Source: Dehalococcoidia bacterium (GTDB lineage Bacteria; Chloroflexota; Dehalococcoidia; Lucifugimonadales; UBA3495). Taken from it: a DNA stretch of 64,000 bases. A program made the position numbers and the translations under genes. The notes beneath the pieces were generated by a model. That model ran no database searches and was not told where the DNA came from. It saw only the letters and a program-made list of their open reading frames with translations. Below, in pieces: positions 19,023 to 28,054 of the stretch (its first letter is position 1; each line of letters begins with the position of its first letter). The stretch spans positions 3,382,153-3,446,152 of the forward strand of contig OZ242042.1 in the NCBI GenBank assembly GCA_965204905.1, in the 5' to 3' direction.

Positions 19023-20102
19023 ATGGCCGACATTTTCGATAAGTTGCAGCCCATTGTGGAGCGGTATCGCGCCATCGAAACCGAGATGGCCCAACCCGAG
19101 GTTGCCGCCGATTACGCTCGTTTGGGCGAACTGAATCGCGAACGCTCCGGCCTCGAAGACCTGGTTGGCATCGACGTGGAGCATCGCAAGCTGGCCGAGG
19201 AGCAGGCCGACCTGCGCGCGCTCATCACCGAGGGCGGCGACCCCGAACTGGTCGAAATGGCCCAGCTCGAACTGGAGGATGTGGAAACCCGTCTCTCCGA
19301 CCTCGCCCAGCGGCTGCGCATCGCCCTCCTGCCTAAGGACCCCAACGACGAGCGCGACGTAATCGTCGAGATCCACGCCGCCGCCGGCGGTCAGGAAGCT
19401 TCACTGTTCGCCTCCGATCTCTACCGCATGTACCAGCGCTATGCTCAGGAGCAGGGCTGGAGCGTCGATATCCTGGATTCCAACCCGTCCGACCTGGGCG
19501 GGTTCAGCCGCATCGCGTTCTCCGTCGATGGCCGCAACGCCTTCAGCAAGCTCAAGTTCGAGGCCGGCGTCCATCGCGTCCAGCGCGTCCCCGAAACCGA
19601 GGCGCAGGGCCGCATCCACACCTCAACCGCCACGGTGGCCGTACTGCCCCAGGCCGATGAAGTCGAGGTCAACATCAAAGAAGACGACCTCCGCATCGAC
19701 ATCTTCCACGCCGGCGGACACGGCGGGCAAAACGTCAACAAGGTCGCCACCGCCGTGCGCATCGTCCACGAGCCTACCGGCATCATGGTCGTCTGTCAGG
19801 ACGAACGCTCGCAGTACAAGAACAAGTCCAAGGCCATGACCATCCTGCGCAGCCGGCTCTACTCCGCCGAGCAGGAGCGCCACCAGGCCGAGATCTCCAG
19901 CAACCGCAAAGCCCAGATCGGCAGCGGCGACCGCAGCGAGAAAATCCGCACCTACAACTACCCCCAGGATCGCATCACCGACCACCGCATCAGCCAGTCC
20001 ATCCACGGGATGCAGCGCCTCATGGACGGTGGCCTCAACGATATTATCGACCGCCTCATCGCCGACGACCAGGAGCGTGGTCTGGCCGCCATCTCATCGT
20101 GA
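19023..20102 (+). CDS. prfA: Peptide chain release factor 1
   Basis: GVHRVQRVPETE (PxT-type), GGQNVNK, RTYNYPQDRITDHR; followed by prmC. Confidence 0.93.
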   Translation: MADIFDKLQPIVERYRAIETEMAQPEVAADYARLGELNRERSGLEDLVGIDVEHRKLAEEQADLRALITEGGDPELVEMAQLELEDVETRLSDLAQRLRIALLPKDPNDERDVIVEIHAAAGGQEASLFASDLYRMYQRYAQEQGWSVDILDSNPSDLGGFSRIAFSVDGRNAFSKLKFEAGVHRVQRVPETEAQGRIHTSTATVAVLPQADEVEVNIKEDDLRIDIFHAGGHGGQNVNKVATAVRIVHEPTGIMVVCQDERSQYKNKSKAMTILRSRLYSAEQERHQAEISSNRKAQIGSGDRSEKIRTYNYPQDRITDHRISQSIHGMQRLMDGGLNDIIDRLIADDQERGLAAISS

Positions 20103-20106
20103 CCTG

Positions 20107-20146
20107 TCCCCTCTCCCTTGATGGGAGAGGGCTAGGGTGAGGGTGA
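20107..20146 (+). repeat. REP-like element, CCCCTCTCCC...GGGAGAGGG.TAGGGTGAGGG family
   Basis: tcccctctcccttgatgggagagggctagggtgagggtga; an inverted copy lies at 36378-36417. Confidence 0.8.
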
Positions 20147-20176
20147 TCCCAGACCTCTGCCGCTTCCCCATCCTTC

Positions 20177-21049
20177 ATGCCCAGCCTACGCGACGTAATC
20201 CAGGCCACCCACCGCACACTGGAATCGGCCGGCATCCCCGATGCCCGGCTGGAGGCCGAAGTCATGGTGATGGACGTCATGCGGATGCCCCGCCAGGCCA
20301 TCTTCGCCGAGCAGGAATCCCAGGTCGGACCCCAGCAGGAGGCCCAACTCGCTGCCATCGTGGAGCGACGCCTTGCCCGCGAGCCTCTGGCCTACATCCT
20401 CAACTACCGCGAGTTCTACGGCGTCAACCTGCTGGTCAACCCGGACGTGCTCATCCCGCGCCCGGAAACCGAAACCCTGGTAGAACACGCCCTGTTCATG
20501 GCGCTCATGGGCATGGAGAGCCGCGAGTTGGTCATCGCCGATGTTGGCACCGGCACCGGCGCCATCGCCGTCAACCTCGCCATCCACCTGCCCGCCGCCC
20601 GCATCTACGCCAGCGACGCCTTTGATCCCACGCTGGACGTGGCCGCCTACAACGTGCGGATGCACAACGTCGCCGACCGCGTCACCCTCCTCAAGGGCGA
20701 CCTGCTGGAATCCCTGCCGGAACCCGTGGACGTGATCGCCGCCAACCTGCCCTACCTGCCCACCGACCGCATACCCACGCTACAGCCGGAAATCCAGTGG
20801 GAGCCGGTGGTGGCCCTGGACGGCGGCCCCGACGGTCTCGACCACGTCCGCCGCCTGATCGCCCAGGCCGCCGAGCCGGACCGACTCAAACCCCACGGCG
20901 TCATCCTGCTGGAAATGGACCCGGAGCAGATGGACGAAGCCCGACGCCTGGCATCGGAAACGTTCCCCAACGCCGAAATCACCGTGGAGCCTGATCTATC
21001 CGGCCGCGACCGAGTGCTATCCGTCAGCCTCGCCGGCGGGTACGACTGA
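20177..21049 (+). CDS. prmC: Release factor glutamine methyltransferase
   Basis: VLIPRPETE, DVGTGTG, ANLPY, EPVVALDGGPDGL; downstream of prfA. Confidence 0.93.
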   Translation: MPSLRDVIQATHRTLESAGIPDARLEAEVMVMDVMRMPRQAIFAEQESQVGPQQEAQLAAIVERRLAREPLAYILNYREFYGVNLLVNPDVLIPRPETETLVEHALFMALMGMESRELVIADVGTGTGAIAVNLAIHLPAARIYASDAFDPTLDVAAYNVRMHNVADRVTLLKGDLLESLPEPVDVIAANLPYLPTDRIPTLQPEIQWEPVVALDGGPDGLDHVRRLIAQAAEPDRLKPHGVILLEMDPEQMDEARRLASETFPNAEITVEPDLSGRDRVLSVSLAGGYD

Positions 21050-21050
21050 A

Positions 21051-21497
21051 TCACCCAATGGCCCGGTTGCTCTGGAGCAGCCAGTTGGCATCCAGTTCCA
21101 GGTCATCGCGGCAGATCTTGATGAAGTCGCCCACGTCGCCGATGTAAGGAGCCTCTCCGCGGCAGCGCCGCAGATACTCCACCACCACCGCCAGGTTCAT
21201 CGCGCCGTTGGCGTCCACGAACGGCGATTCCTGCGCCTCGGCCGCCTCGGTCAACTCCCATCGGCCCGGGCCGGTTCCCTGGTTGTTGAACCAGTCCCGT
21301 TTCAGCACTCCGTCAACGTCTGGTTTCCGGTCTCCCATCGCCAGTTCCACCGCCTGCCACAGTTGGGCGCGCCGTATTGGCTCACCGCGGGTGACCAGCA
21401 CGTCGCGAATGATCTTGCTCGCCATCAGCGTGATGTTGTCGTCGAAGCGGACGGCATAGTCTGAATCGGCATTAGTATCAACGGTAGGGGTTGCCAT
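21051..21497 (-). CDS. Hypothetical protein (148 aa)
   Basis: ATG 21497 with RBS ggag; no family recognised. Confidence 0.6.
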   Translation of the reverse strand: MATPTVDTNADSDYAVRFDDNITLMASKIIRDVLVTRGEPIRRAQLWQAVELAMGDRKPDVDGVLKRDWFNNQGTGPGRWELTEAAEAQESPFVDANGAMNLAVVVEYLRRCRGEAPYIGDVGDFIKICRDDLELDANWLLQSNRAIG

Positions 21498-21593
21498 GTG
21501 TTCTCCTGGGGTTGGGGTGAAGCCTTCATAGTGATGCGCACTGCCGTTGCGCATCACTATCATCAATTATGTTGCCCGATGGCGCGGGCGCCG

Positions 21594-23117
21594 TCAAGAC
21601 AACCCCGTGATCTCCAGCGTCCGTACCTCATCGGCCTCAAAATCCGCCACGCGGATGGCGTGGTTGTTAGTGTCCGCGATGTAGAGCAGCGGCTGCCGGC
21701 CATTCTCGAAAACGGCGAAACTCAGGCCGCTGGGTTCGCTGAACGTCGCCAGCCTGCCCGCGCCGTCGTGGAGGCCCATCGCGCCGGAACCCAACACCGT
21801 CTGCACCGAGCGCATGATCGGCAGCACCTTCTTGATCTTGTGGTTGTAGGTATCGGCGATGAACAGCTCGCCTTCGTGCCACTCGATACCGATGGGATGC
21901 TGCAACCGGACGTTGTGCTCCACACCGTCCCGGTCGCCGAACGCAAACAGGTCGATACCCACCAGCGTCGCCACGCGGCCGGTCACCGGGTCAATGCCGG
22001 CGCTGCGCACGCTGCTGGTCTCGGAGTCCGCGAAGTACAGGATCGGACTGCCGCCCCGGTCGCTGCCCACCACGATGCCGCTGGGCTGGGCCAGCGTCGC
22101 CTGGGCCAACGGCCCGTTGTCGATGTTCTCGCCGCCGGTGCCGGCATGGGGGCATACCATCCCGTCGGACAGCGACAGCCGCCATAGCTGGTGAGTGCCG
22201 GCCATGGCGATGTACAGCACGCCCTCATGATGCGTCAGGTCCCACGGGCTGCTCAGCGCGATCTGCGTTCCCGGGCCGGACGCCCGGCGGTCGTGTCCCT
22301 GCTGCCCCGTGCCGGCAATGGTATCCACCGTGCCGGCGGCAAGGTTCACACGGCGGATGGCGTGGTTCTCGGTGTCGGCCACGTACAGCGTATCCCCCAC
22401 CAACTCCATACCCTGCGGATGGTTGAACGCGGCGTTGGCATAGTCGCCGTCCGCGAAGTCCTCAGCTCCCGACCCGATCACGGCCTGCGTCTGGCCGTCT
22501 AGGTCCGTTACCACAATCCGGTTGTGATTGGTGTCCGCAATGAACAGACGGTTGCCCGGCCCGTCGGCGAGCACCTTGCCGGGAAAAGCCAGCGCGGTTT
22601 CCTCAACGGCCTCCGGCGTAAGGCCCAGATCACGGCGGTCGATCAGCCCCTGCCCGTCAAACTCGGCGACCATCCGCCCGATCAGATCATCAAAGGCTTC
22701 GTAGGGCAGCTCGCCCTCGTGCTTGCCGATTACCTTGCCCTCGGGGTCAACGAACATCAGCGTGGGCCAGGCGCGACAGGCGTACTGCCGCCACACCTCG
22801 AACTCGGCATCGTTGACGATGGGATGTTTCAGCTCGTAGCGTTGGGCGGCCAGCAGCACGTTGTCGGCGTACTTCTCGTTGGGGAACTTGGCGGAGTGGA
22901 CCCCGATGACCACCAGCTCGTCCGCGTACTTCTCTTCCATTTTCCGCAACTGCGGAAACACATGGACGCAGTTGATTCAACAGTAGGTCCAGAAGTCCAG
23001 GATCACCACCTTGCCGCGCAGGTCGGCCATGCTCAGGGGCCGGTCGGTGTTGATCCATTCGACGCTGTCAGGGAAATCCGGCGCGTTCACCGTGCCGGCG
23101 AAAGACTGGGTGGCCAT
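21594..23117 (-). CDS. Thioredoxin-like + NHL-repeat protein (NHLRC2-like), probable selenoprotein (Sec47, TGA at 22977-22979)
   Basis: ggagg-ATG at 23117 reads MATQSFAG...[32 protein letters not shown] in frame with the tracked 21594..22961 ORF. The TGA sits at the second Cys of the family motif DFWTYCCINC. Confidence 0.88.
22937..22965 (-). promoter_or_regulatory. Bacterial SECIS-like hairpin
   Basis: Starts 11 nt after the UGA: CCAU-(GUG bulge)-UUUCCGC-[AGUU]-GCGGAAA-AUGG, with G at loop position 2. Confidence 0.75.
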
Positions 23118-23146
23118 GGGTTAAGCCTCCATTTTCAAATTAGACC

Positions 23147-23195
23147 CGTCATTCCGGCGAAAGTCGCAGATGCGCTTATGGCGTGCCGGAATCCA
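23147..23195 (+). repeat. REP-like element, CGTCATTCC...GGAATCCA family (long variant)
   Basis: cgtcattccggc-[aaagtcgcagatgcgcttatggcgt]-gccggaatcca; shorter relatives in reverse orientation at 47746 and 48824. Confidence 0.7.
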
Positions 23196-23231
23196 GGACG
23201 CAGCGGGCGCCGGCCAGTGTACACGATGACG

Positions 23232-24032
23232 CTAATCGCCGCGTTGTTGGCGCACTTCGCGGGCGCGGTCGATGATGCGTTGCGCGTCGGCAACGGTTCG
23301 CGCCCGGTAGTCGGGCAAGTCGGTTAACCGGGGATGTCGGGGTGGTCCATACACCTGCTCACCGGCGTATTGGGTGTAGACGTCGGGCGACACGCCGAGG
23401 GCATATTCCCGCAGTTCCGAGTCGATTCGCCTGATGTGTCCCAGCAGGTGCCCGATATTGTGGGTGCGTCGGTAGCTCGCCCTGTGGGCTTCCAACAAGG
23501 CTTTCATGGCGTGTTCTAACGTGTTCTGCGCCTGTTGACCAATCGCTAAATCGGCTGCGTTGTTTTCCGCGCCTAATTCGAACATATACAGGTGCGCTTC
23601 AGCATGGCGCAGCCGTTCGTCGTAAGGACTCCAATCGTACTCACACTCGGTTGCCCCATCTTCGTAGCACGAGGAATCGCGCTGATTAGGGTCTTGCGAC
23701 ATGAACACGCCATCCTTCACAGCATTGGTTTCCAGGCTGTTGACGTAGCGACGGTTGTGCCGGAACTCGTCCAGAGTGCGCCAGACCAACTGCACTGGCA
23801 CTTCTCGACCGTAAGCCGAGCGAACTACGCTCTCGACCCACTCGTTAACCGGCCCTTGGGATTCGTCGTCCGGGGCCGTATCACCAAGCAGCATGATGTC
23901 GATGTCCGACCGGTACTCTTCGTAGTCTCCCCGCGCGCGGGAACCGAACAGGATTGTGGCCAACGGTCGTTCCCGTTCGTGCACGGCTTGCGCCACGCTC
24001 AGCGCGCGCGGGTCGCAAGTAGCGGCAGTCAT
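23232..24032 (-). CDS. Fused MNT-HEPN protein, copy 2
   Basis: CDPRAL...ILFGSRARGDYEEYRSDIDI, EHAMKALL...THNIGHLL; colinear with 15628-16437. Confidence 0.8.
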   Translation of the reverse strand: MTAATCDPRALSVAQAVHERERPLATILFGSRARGDYEEYRSDIDIMLLGDTAPDDESQGPVNEWVESVVRSAYGREVPVQLVWRTLDEFRHNRRYVNSLETNAVKDGVFMSQDPNQRDSSCYEDGATECEYDWSPYDERLRHAEAHLYMFELGAENNAADLAIGQQAQNTLEHAMKALLEAHRASYRRTHNIGHLLGHIRRIDSELREYALGVSPDVYTQYAGEQVYGPPRHPRLTDLPDYRARTVADAQRIIDRAREVRQQRGD

Positions 24033-24048
24033 AGCGCCACCCTTATAC

Positions 24049-24573
24049 CTACTGCGGAGGCTGCGACTCGAAGGCCAGGTAGGCGTAGCGCATGAAGATG
24101 GAGCCTACCGGCTCGCCCAGCGGCGCGTTGGCGACCAGCACCGCGATGACGTGCTCCTCGCCCGGCTCGCCTGGCTCTTCCACCAGCACGCGCTTGGCCG
24201 TGTTGTTGCCCGTCACCACGCCGATGTTGCGGTCAATCTTGCCGTCTATGAACACCTCGCCGTAGTTGTCAACGTTGGTCTCAAACCACACGCGGCAGGT
24301 GTTCACGTCCTGGCCCTTGACGGTCTCCGGCATGGTGAACCGCAGCCGGTACCAGGCGAACGTGAATCCGACGGAATAGCGTTTCTGAAAGTCCGCGCCG
24401 CTCTCCCAGCCGGAGTCGTCGTAGTCGGGCAGGCGGGCGTCGCTGCCGCGCTTCTCGGCAACCAGGCCCTGGTTGGGCTCGCCGGGTTCCAGACCCTGCG
24501 CCACGCGCCAGCCGTCGGACTTTATAACGGCCAGGTCCTCTTTCTGTTCAAGGTCAAGTGCTACTCGGGGCAT
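24049..24573 (-). CDS. Hypothetical protein, possible galactose-binding/jelly-roll fold
   Basis: PDYDDSGW...AWYRLRFTMP...VFIDG...VIAVLVAN resembles glycoside hydrolase sugar-binding modules; RBS ggag. Confidence 0.55.
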   Translation of the reverse strand: MPRVALDLEQKEDLAVIKSDGWRVAQGLEPGEPNQGLVAEKRGSDARLPDYDDSGWESGADFQKRYSVGFTFAWYRLRFTMPETVKGQDVNTCRVWFETNVDNYGEVFIDGKIDRNIGVVTGNNTAKRVLVEEPGEPGEEHVIAVLVANAPLGEPVGSIFMRYAYLAFESQPPQ

Positions 24574-24623
24574 GGAGAACTCCTTATCGGATTAGGTGTC
24601 GATTGCGGTGAAAGTAGCAAGTT

Positions 24624-24896
24624 TCAAACCTGCTCCACATGGCTGGGTTTTGCGCGGTACTTCGCTACGATGGCGTCCACAAACGGTTTGAGTACATGCT
24701 CGGCGAGTTCGATACGCACGCCTTCGGCCACGGAACCGTCTTCTTTGTTGTAAAAGACGACCACACCCTTTGCGATTGTTTCGCCCTCCCCGAGCTGTTT
24801 TCCGCTGTCGATCCATAGTGATTGAGTTTCGGGGAAATACTTTACCACCGGTTCAGGTTCAGAAAACTCCTCTGGATTCATTGCTCGTTTTGCCAT
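24624..24896 (-). CDS. Small DUF2283-like protein (putative antitoxin)
   Basis: VKYFPETQSLWID...GVVVFYNKEDGSVAEGVRIE resembles DUF2283; RBS ggagg; overlaps the upstream gene. Confidence 0.55.
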   Translation of the reverse strand: MAKRAMNPEEFSEPEPVVKYFPETQSLWIDSGKQLGEGETIAKGVVVFYNKEDGSVAEGVRIELAEHVLKPFVDAIVAKYRAKPSHVEQV

Positions 24897-25210
24897 GGCC
24901 TTCCTCCGTATCTTTGCGCCAACCTGCGGTCCATGTAAGCGGTGTGAAACAGCCCTGCTTCCGGATCTCCCACGAATACCAACCTTATCCACTGCGAGGC
25001 TGGCTGGACACGACCTACCAGAATCGTCATCCGTGTCCCTCCCCTGTATTCCTCGAATCGTTCGTAAGGTTCGAATATGATTTGCATAACCCATTCAGGA
25101 AGAATATCAGGATGCCTTTCCGTAGCGGAAACCCCGTGCATTTCCGTTTTGGGCAAATCTTCATAGGCTTGACACAATCGACGATATTCTTCTGCCTGAT
25201 TGTACGACAT
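24878..25210 (-). CDS. Hypothetical protein, putative RelE/BrnT-fold toxin partner
   Basis: ERHPDILPEWVMQIIFEP...WIRLVF...FHTAY is typical of the small genes preceding DUF2283. Confidence 0.5.
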   Translation of the reverse strand: MSYNQAEEYRRLCQAYEDLPKTEMHGVSATERHPDILPEWVMQIIFEPYERFEEYRGGTRMTILVGRVQPASQWIRLVFVGDPEAGLFHTAYMDRRLAQRYGGRPWQNEQ

Positions 25211-25242
25211 GGCGACAACCGATCTCAGGCTGACAATCAGAC

Positions 25243-25270
25243 GTAGGAGCGAATGATTATTCGCCCCTAC
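25243..25270. repeat. REP-like palindrome, GTAGGGGCG family
   Basis: gtaggagcgaat-gatt-attcgcccctac. Confidence 0.75.
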
Positions 25271-25275
25271 ACTGT

Positions 25276-25320
25276 TTACGCCTTCAAATGCTACGCAAAG
25301 AACTCCAGAGTCCGCGGCCA
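25276..25320 (-). pseudogene. 45-bp relic of a dienelactone hydrolase 3' end
   Basis: Reads WPRTLEFFA*HLKA*, compared with WPRTLEFFAEHLKA* at the end of 28898-29623. Confidence 0.75.
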
Positions 25321-25382
25321 GCGGCGGTGTTCACCCACGCCGTGGTGGCAAGCGCATCGCTGGTGAGAGCGCGCCTACCTGC

Positions 25383-25733
25383 CTACGCCATCGGTTCCAG
25401 CAAGCCGACGAACCGCTCTACTACATCCAATGCATCGGCGACATCCGCAGCTGAGTCAACGTTCTCGTAAAAGTTGTAATGCAGGTGATTGGCGGCCCGT
25501 AAAAGCCGGGTCAGGCCCATGCTGGGATTTTCGTCGGTCAAACGCCGCACCACCACCCAGATATGCCGGTGGGTCTTGTGTTCCCAGCCTCTGCGGTCGG
25601 CGATGGCCTTGACTATCTGGGCAGTGGCACCCCAGCCTTTTTCGGAAGCCTGCCTGAGGTCGCCCGCCGCCAGTTCCGCCCTGGCCTGCGCCAGCAACTG
25701 CCGGCTTGCCGCTTGGTAAGTCTGCGTCGTCAC
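25383..25733 (-). CDS. PaREP1-family (HEPN-like) protein
   Basis: AELAAGDLRQASEKGWGA...ANHLHYNFYE; GTG start with ggagg. Confidence 0.75.
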   Translation of the reverse strand: MTTQTYQAASRQLLAQARAELAAGDLRQASEKGWGATAQIVKAIADRRGWEHKTHRHIWVVVRRLTDENPSMGLTRLLRAANHLHYNFYENVDSAADVADALDVVERFVGLLEPMA

Positions 25734-26149
25734 GTGTCCTCCGTAACCGTCTGGCAGACAAACATTCCGCGTTGGTATGCCATTGATAGGATTGTAGCAC
25801 ACCGCCCCATCAGCCCACGGCCCAATGACACTTCCACCCTTGCCCACACCCTCCATCCATCCTTACCATTTAACTAGCCAACCACCCAACTCACGCTCAT
25901 GGTGCGGTATGTCCGCCTCTGGCGAGTCGAACCACTAGCCTGTCCAATGTCCAACTCCAATCACCGCTCCCCCAAACCCTCCCACTGGCCCGCCAAAACC
26001 GTCAATATCACCCTCAAAACTGCCCGCGCCACCCCCATTTACCCCCGCGTCGCACCCTGCCGCCCTACTCAAATGACCAGAAATGAGCGGAAATGAGCGG
26101 GATTTCGCCAAAATCGCCACATTCAGACCATCAACCCCGAGGCATTCCC

Positions 26150-26482
26150 ATGACCATCTCCCAAATCCGCAGCCGGATCGACGCCCTCAAGCGCAAGTTC
26201 GCCCCCGAACTCGCCATCCTCAAGCTCCGCCGCATCGCCGATGCCGTCTCCGACGACTGGGACCCTTCCGAGCCTCCCGAACCCGCCGACGTCATCGGGC
26301 GCATCGCCGATGCCGGCTTCCGACTCCCTAGATTTATGTGGCTCCGCCGCTACCTCGATGACATCCGACGCCAGGAGGACGTCCCCGAGCCTGAATCAAT
26401 CGTCCTCCAGTTACTCCCCTGGGCCGACCACAAACGCTACCGCGCCTTCCTCCTCCGGGACCTGCCCGCCACCACACCCTAG
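26150..26482 (+). CDS. Hypothetical protein (110 aa)
   Basis: MTISQIRSRIDALKRKFAPELAILKLRRIA...; preceded by a gaaatgagcg tandem repeat. Confidence 0.55.
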   Translation: MTISQIRSRIDALKRKFAPELAILKLRRIADAVSDDWDPSEPPEPADVIGRIADAGFRLPRFMWLRRYLDDIRRQEDVPEPESIVLQLLPWADHKRYRAFLLRDLPATTP

Positions 26483-26632
26483 CCATGCCATCAAACCGCC
26501 TGAAACGGAACGCCACCGTGACCGAACCCATACATTGCCGGGCGCTGGGCACATGTATAGAATGATCCAACGTTGTCATATTGCCCCGATTCTGTAATTA
26601 TCAACGACAAAACCAATTTGGAGAGTACATCG

Positions 26633-28015
26633 ATGGCGCTCTGGAGACCGGACCCCACGTTTTACCCATCGGCAAGGTTGGCCATGGAGGCTCCGCAGGA
26701 GCGCCTGGCCTACGTTGCCACACTCAACCCCAACTCGGGTGAGCCTGACGCCATGACCGTGGTGGACTGCGACCCCAACTCGGCGTCGTACTCGCAGGTG
26801 GTCCATTCGGTACCCATGCCCTACCTCGACGACGAGTTGCATCACTTCAACTGGAACGCTTGCAGCGCCGCGCTGTGTCCCTCATCGGCGCACCCGCACC
26901 TGGAACGGCGATACCTGGTGGTGCCATCGCTGGCTAACAGCCGCATCTATATCTTGGACACCCAGCCCGACCCGGCCCGTCCGCGCATCGTCAAGACCAT
27001 CGAGGCGGAGGAAGTGCAGCGGGCCGGCTACTCCCGCCCCCACACCGTACACTGTGGCCCCGATGCCATCTACGTCAGCGCATTGGGTTCCGCCGAGGGC
27101 GACCGGCCGGGCGGTATCATGCTCCTGGATCATTACACCTTTGAACCCATCGGCCCGTGGGAACTGGACCGGGGGCCGCAGGAATTGGCCTATGATTTCT
27201 GGTGGCACATCGGCCTGGACACCATGATGACCAGCGAATGGGGCACTCCCGAAATGTTCGAGCACGGCGTCCGGCTTGAGGACGTGGTCGGGCAGAAGTT
27301 CGGCCACATGCTCCATTTCTGGGACATGCGCCGGCGCTCTCACCGCCAGGCCGTTGACCTGGGCGCCCAGCACCAAATGGCGTTGGAGCTGCGACCGGCC
27401 CACAATCCCACCCGTCACTACGGCTTCTGCGGCGTCGTGGTCAGCACCGAAGACCTGTCCGGCTCCATTTTCCTGTGGTACCGGGACGGCGATGACTGGG
27501 CGGCCCGCAAGATCATCTCCATCCCCGCCGAACCGGCCGAAGCCTCCGAACTGCCGCCGGCCCTGCAACCGCTGGTAGCAGTGCCCCCGCTGGTCACCGA
27601 CATCGACCTCTCCGTGGACGACAGGTTCCTCTACGTGTCCTGCTGGGGCACCGGCAAGTTGCTCCAGTACGACGTGTCCGACCCGTTCAACCCGGTGCAG
27701 ACCGGCGAGCTGGAAATGGGCGGCGTGGTCCGCAAGGCGGGCCATCCCAACGGCGCAGCCCTCACCGGCGGCCCGCAGATGGTGGAAATCAGCCGCGACG
27801 GACGCCGGGTCTATCTGACCAACTCGCTGTACTCGTCTTGGGACGACCAGTTCTATCCCGACGGACTGAACGGCTGGCTCTGCCGCATCGACGCCGACCC
27901 CAACGGCGGCATGTCGGTGAACAAGGACTTCTTCGTCGATTACGGCAAGACCCGCAGCCACCAGGTGCGTCTCCAGGGCGGCGACGCATCATCCGACACC
28001 TTCTGTTTCCCGTAG
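26633..28015 (+). CDS. Selenium-binding protein 56 / methanethiol oxidase (SELENBP1-like)
   Basis: DELHHFNWNACS, PHTVHCG, YDFWW, GGPQMVEISRDGRRVYLTNSLYSSWDDQFYP; no signal peptide. Confidence 0.9.
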   Translation: MALWRPDPTFYPSARLAMEAPQERLAYVATLNPNSGEPDAMTVVDCDPNSASYSQVVHSVPMPYLDDELHHFNWNACSAALCPSSAHPHLERRYLVVPSLANSRIYILDTQPDPARPRIVKTIEAEEVQRAGYSRPHTVHCGPDAIYVSALGSAEGDRPGGIMLLDHYTFEPIGPWELDRGPQELAYDFWWHIGLDTMMTSEWGTPEMFEHGVRLEDVVGQKFGHMLHFWDMRRRSHRQAVDLGAQHQMALELRPAHNPTRHYGFCGVVVSTEDLSGSIFLWYRDGDDWAARKIISIPAEPAEASELPPALQPLVAVPPLVTDIDLSVDDRFLYVSCWGTGKLLQYDVSDPFNPVQTGELEMGGVVRKAGHPNGAALTGGPQMVEISRDGRRVYLTNSLYSSWDDQFYPDGLNGWLCRIDADPNGGMSVNKDFFVDYGKTRSHQVRLQGGDASSDTFCFP

Positions 28016-28054
28016 CATTGCCAACAATACAAACTCGGGCCGTCGGTTTCGGCA

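Noticed and set aside
25860-26149. C/A-skewed intergenic tract with a gaaatgagcg tandem (a mirror G/T-rich tract lies near 36170-36260)
   Set aside because: No convincing ORF or stable structure could be supported. It may be a degenerate repeat element, but a genome-wide search is needed.
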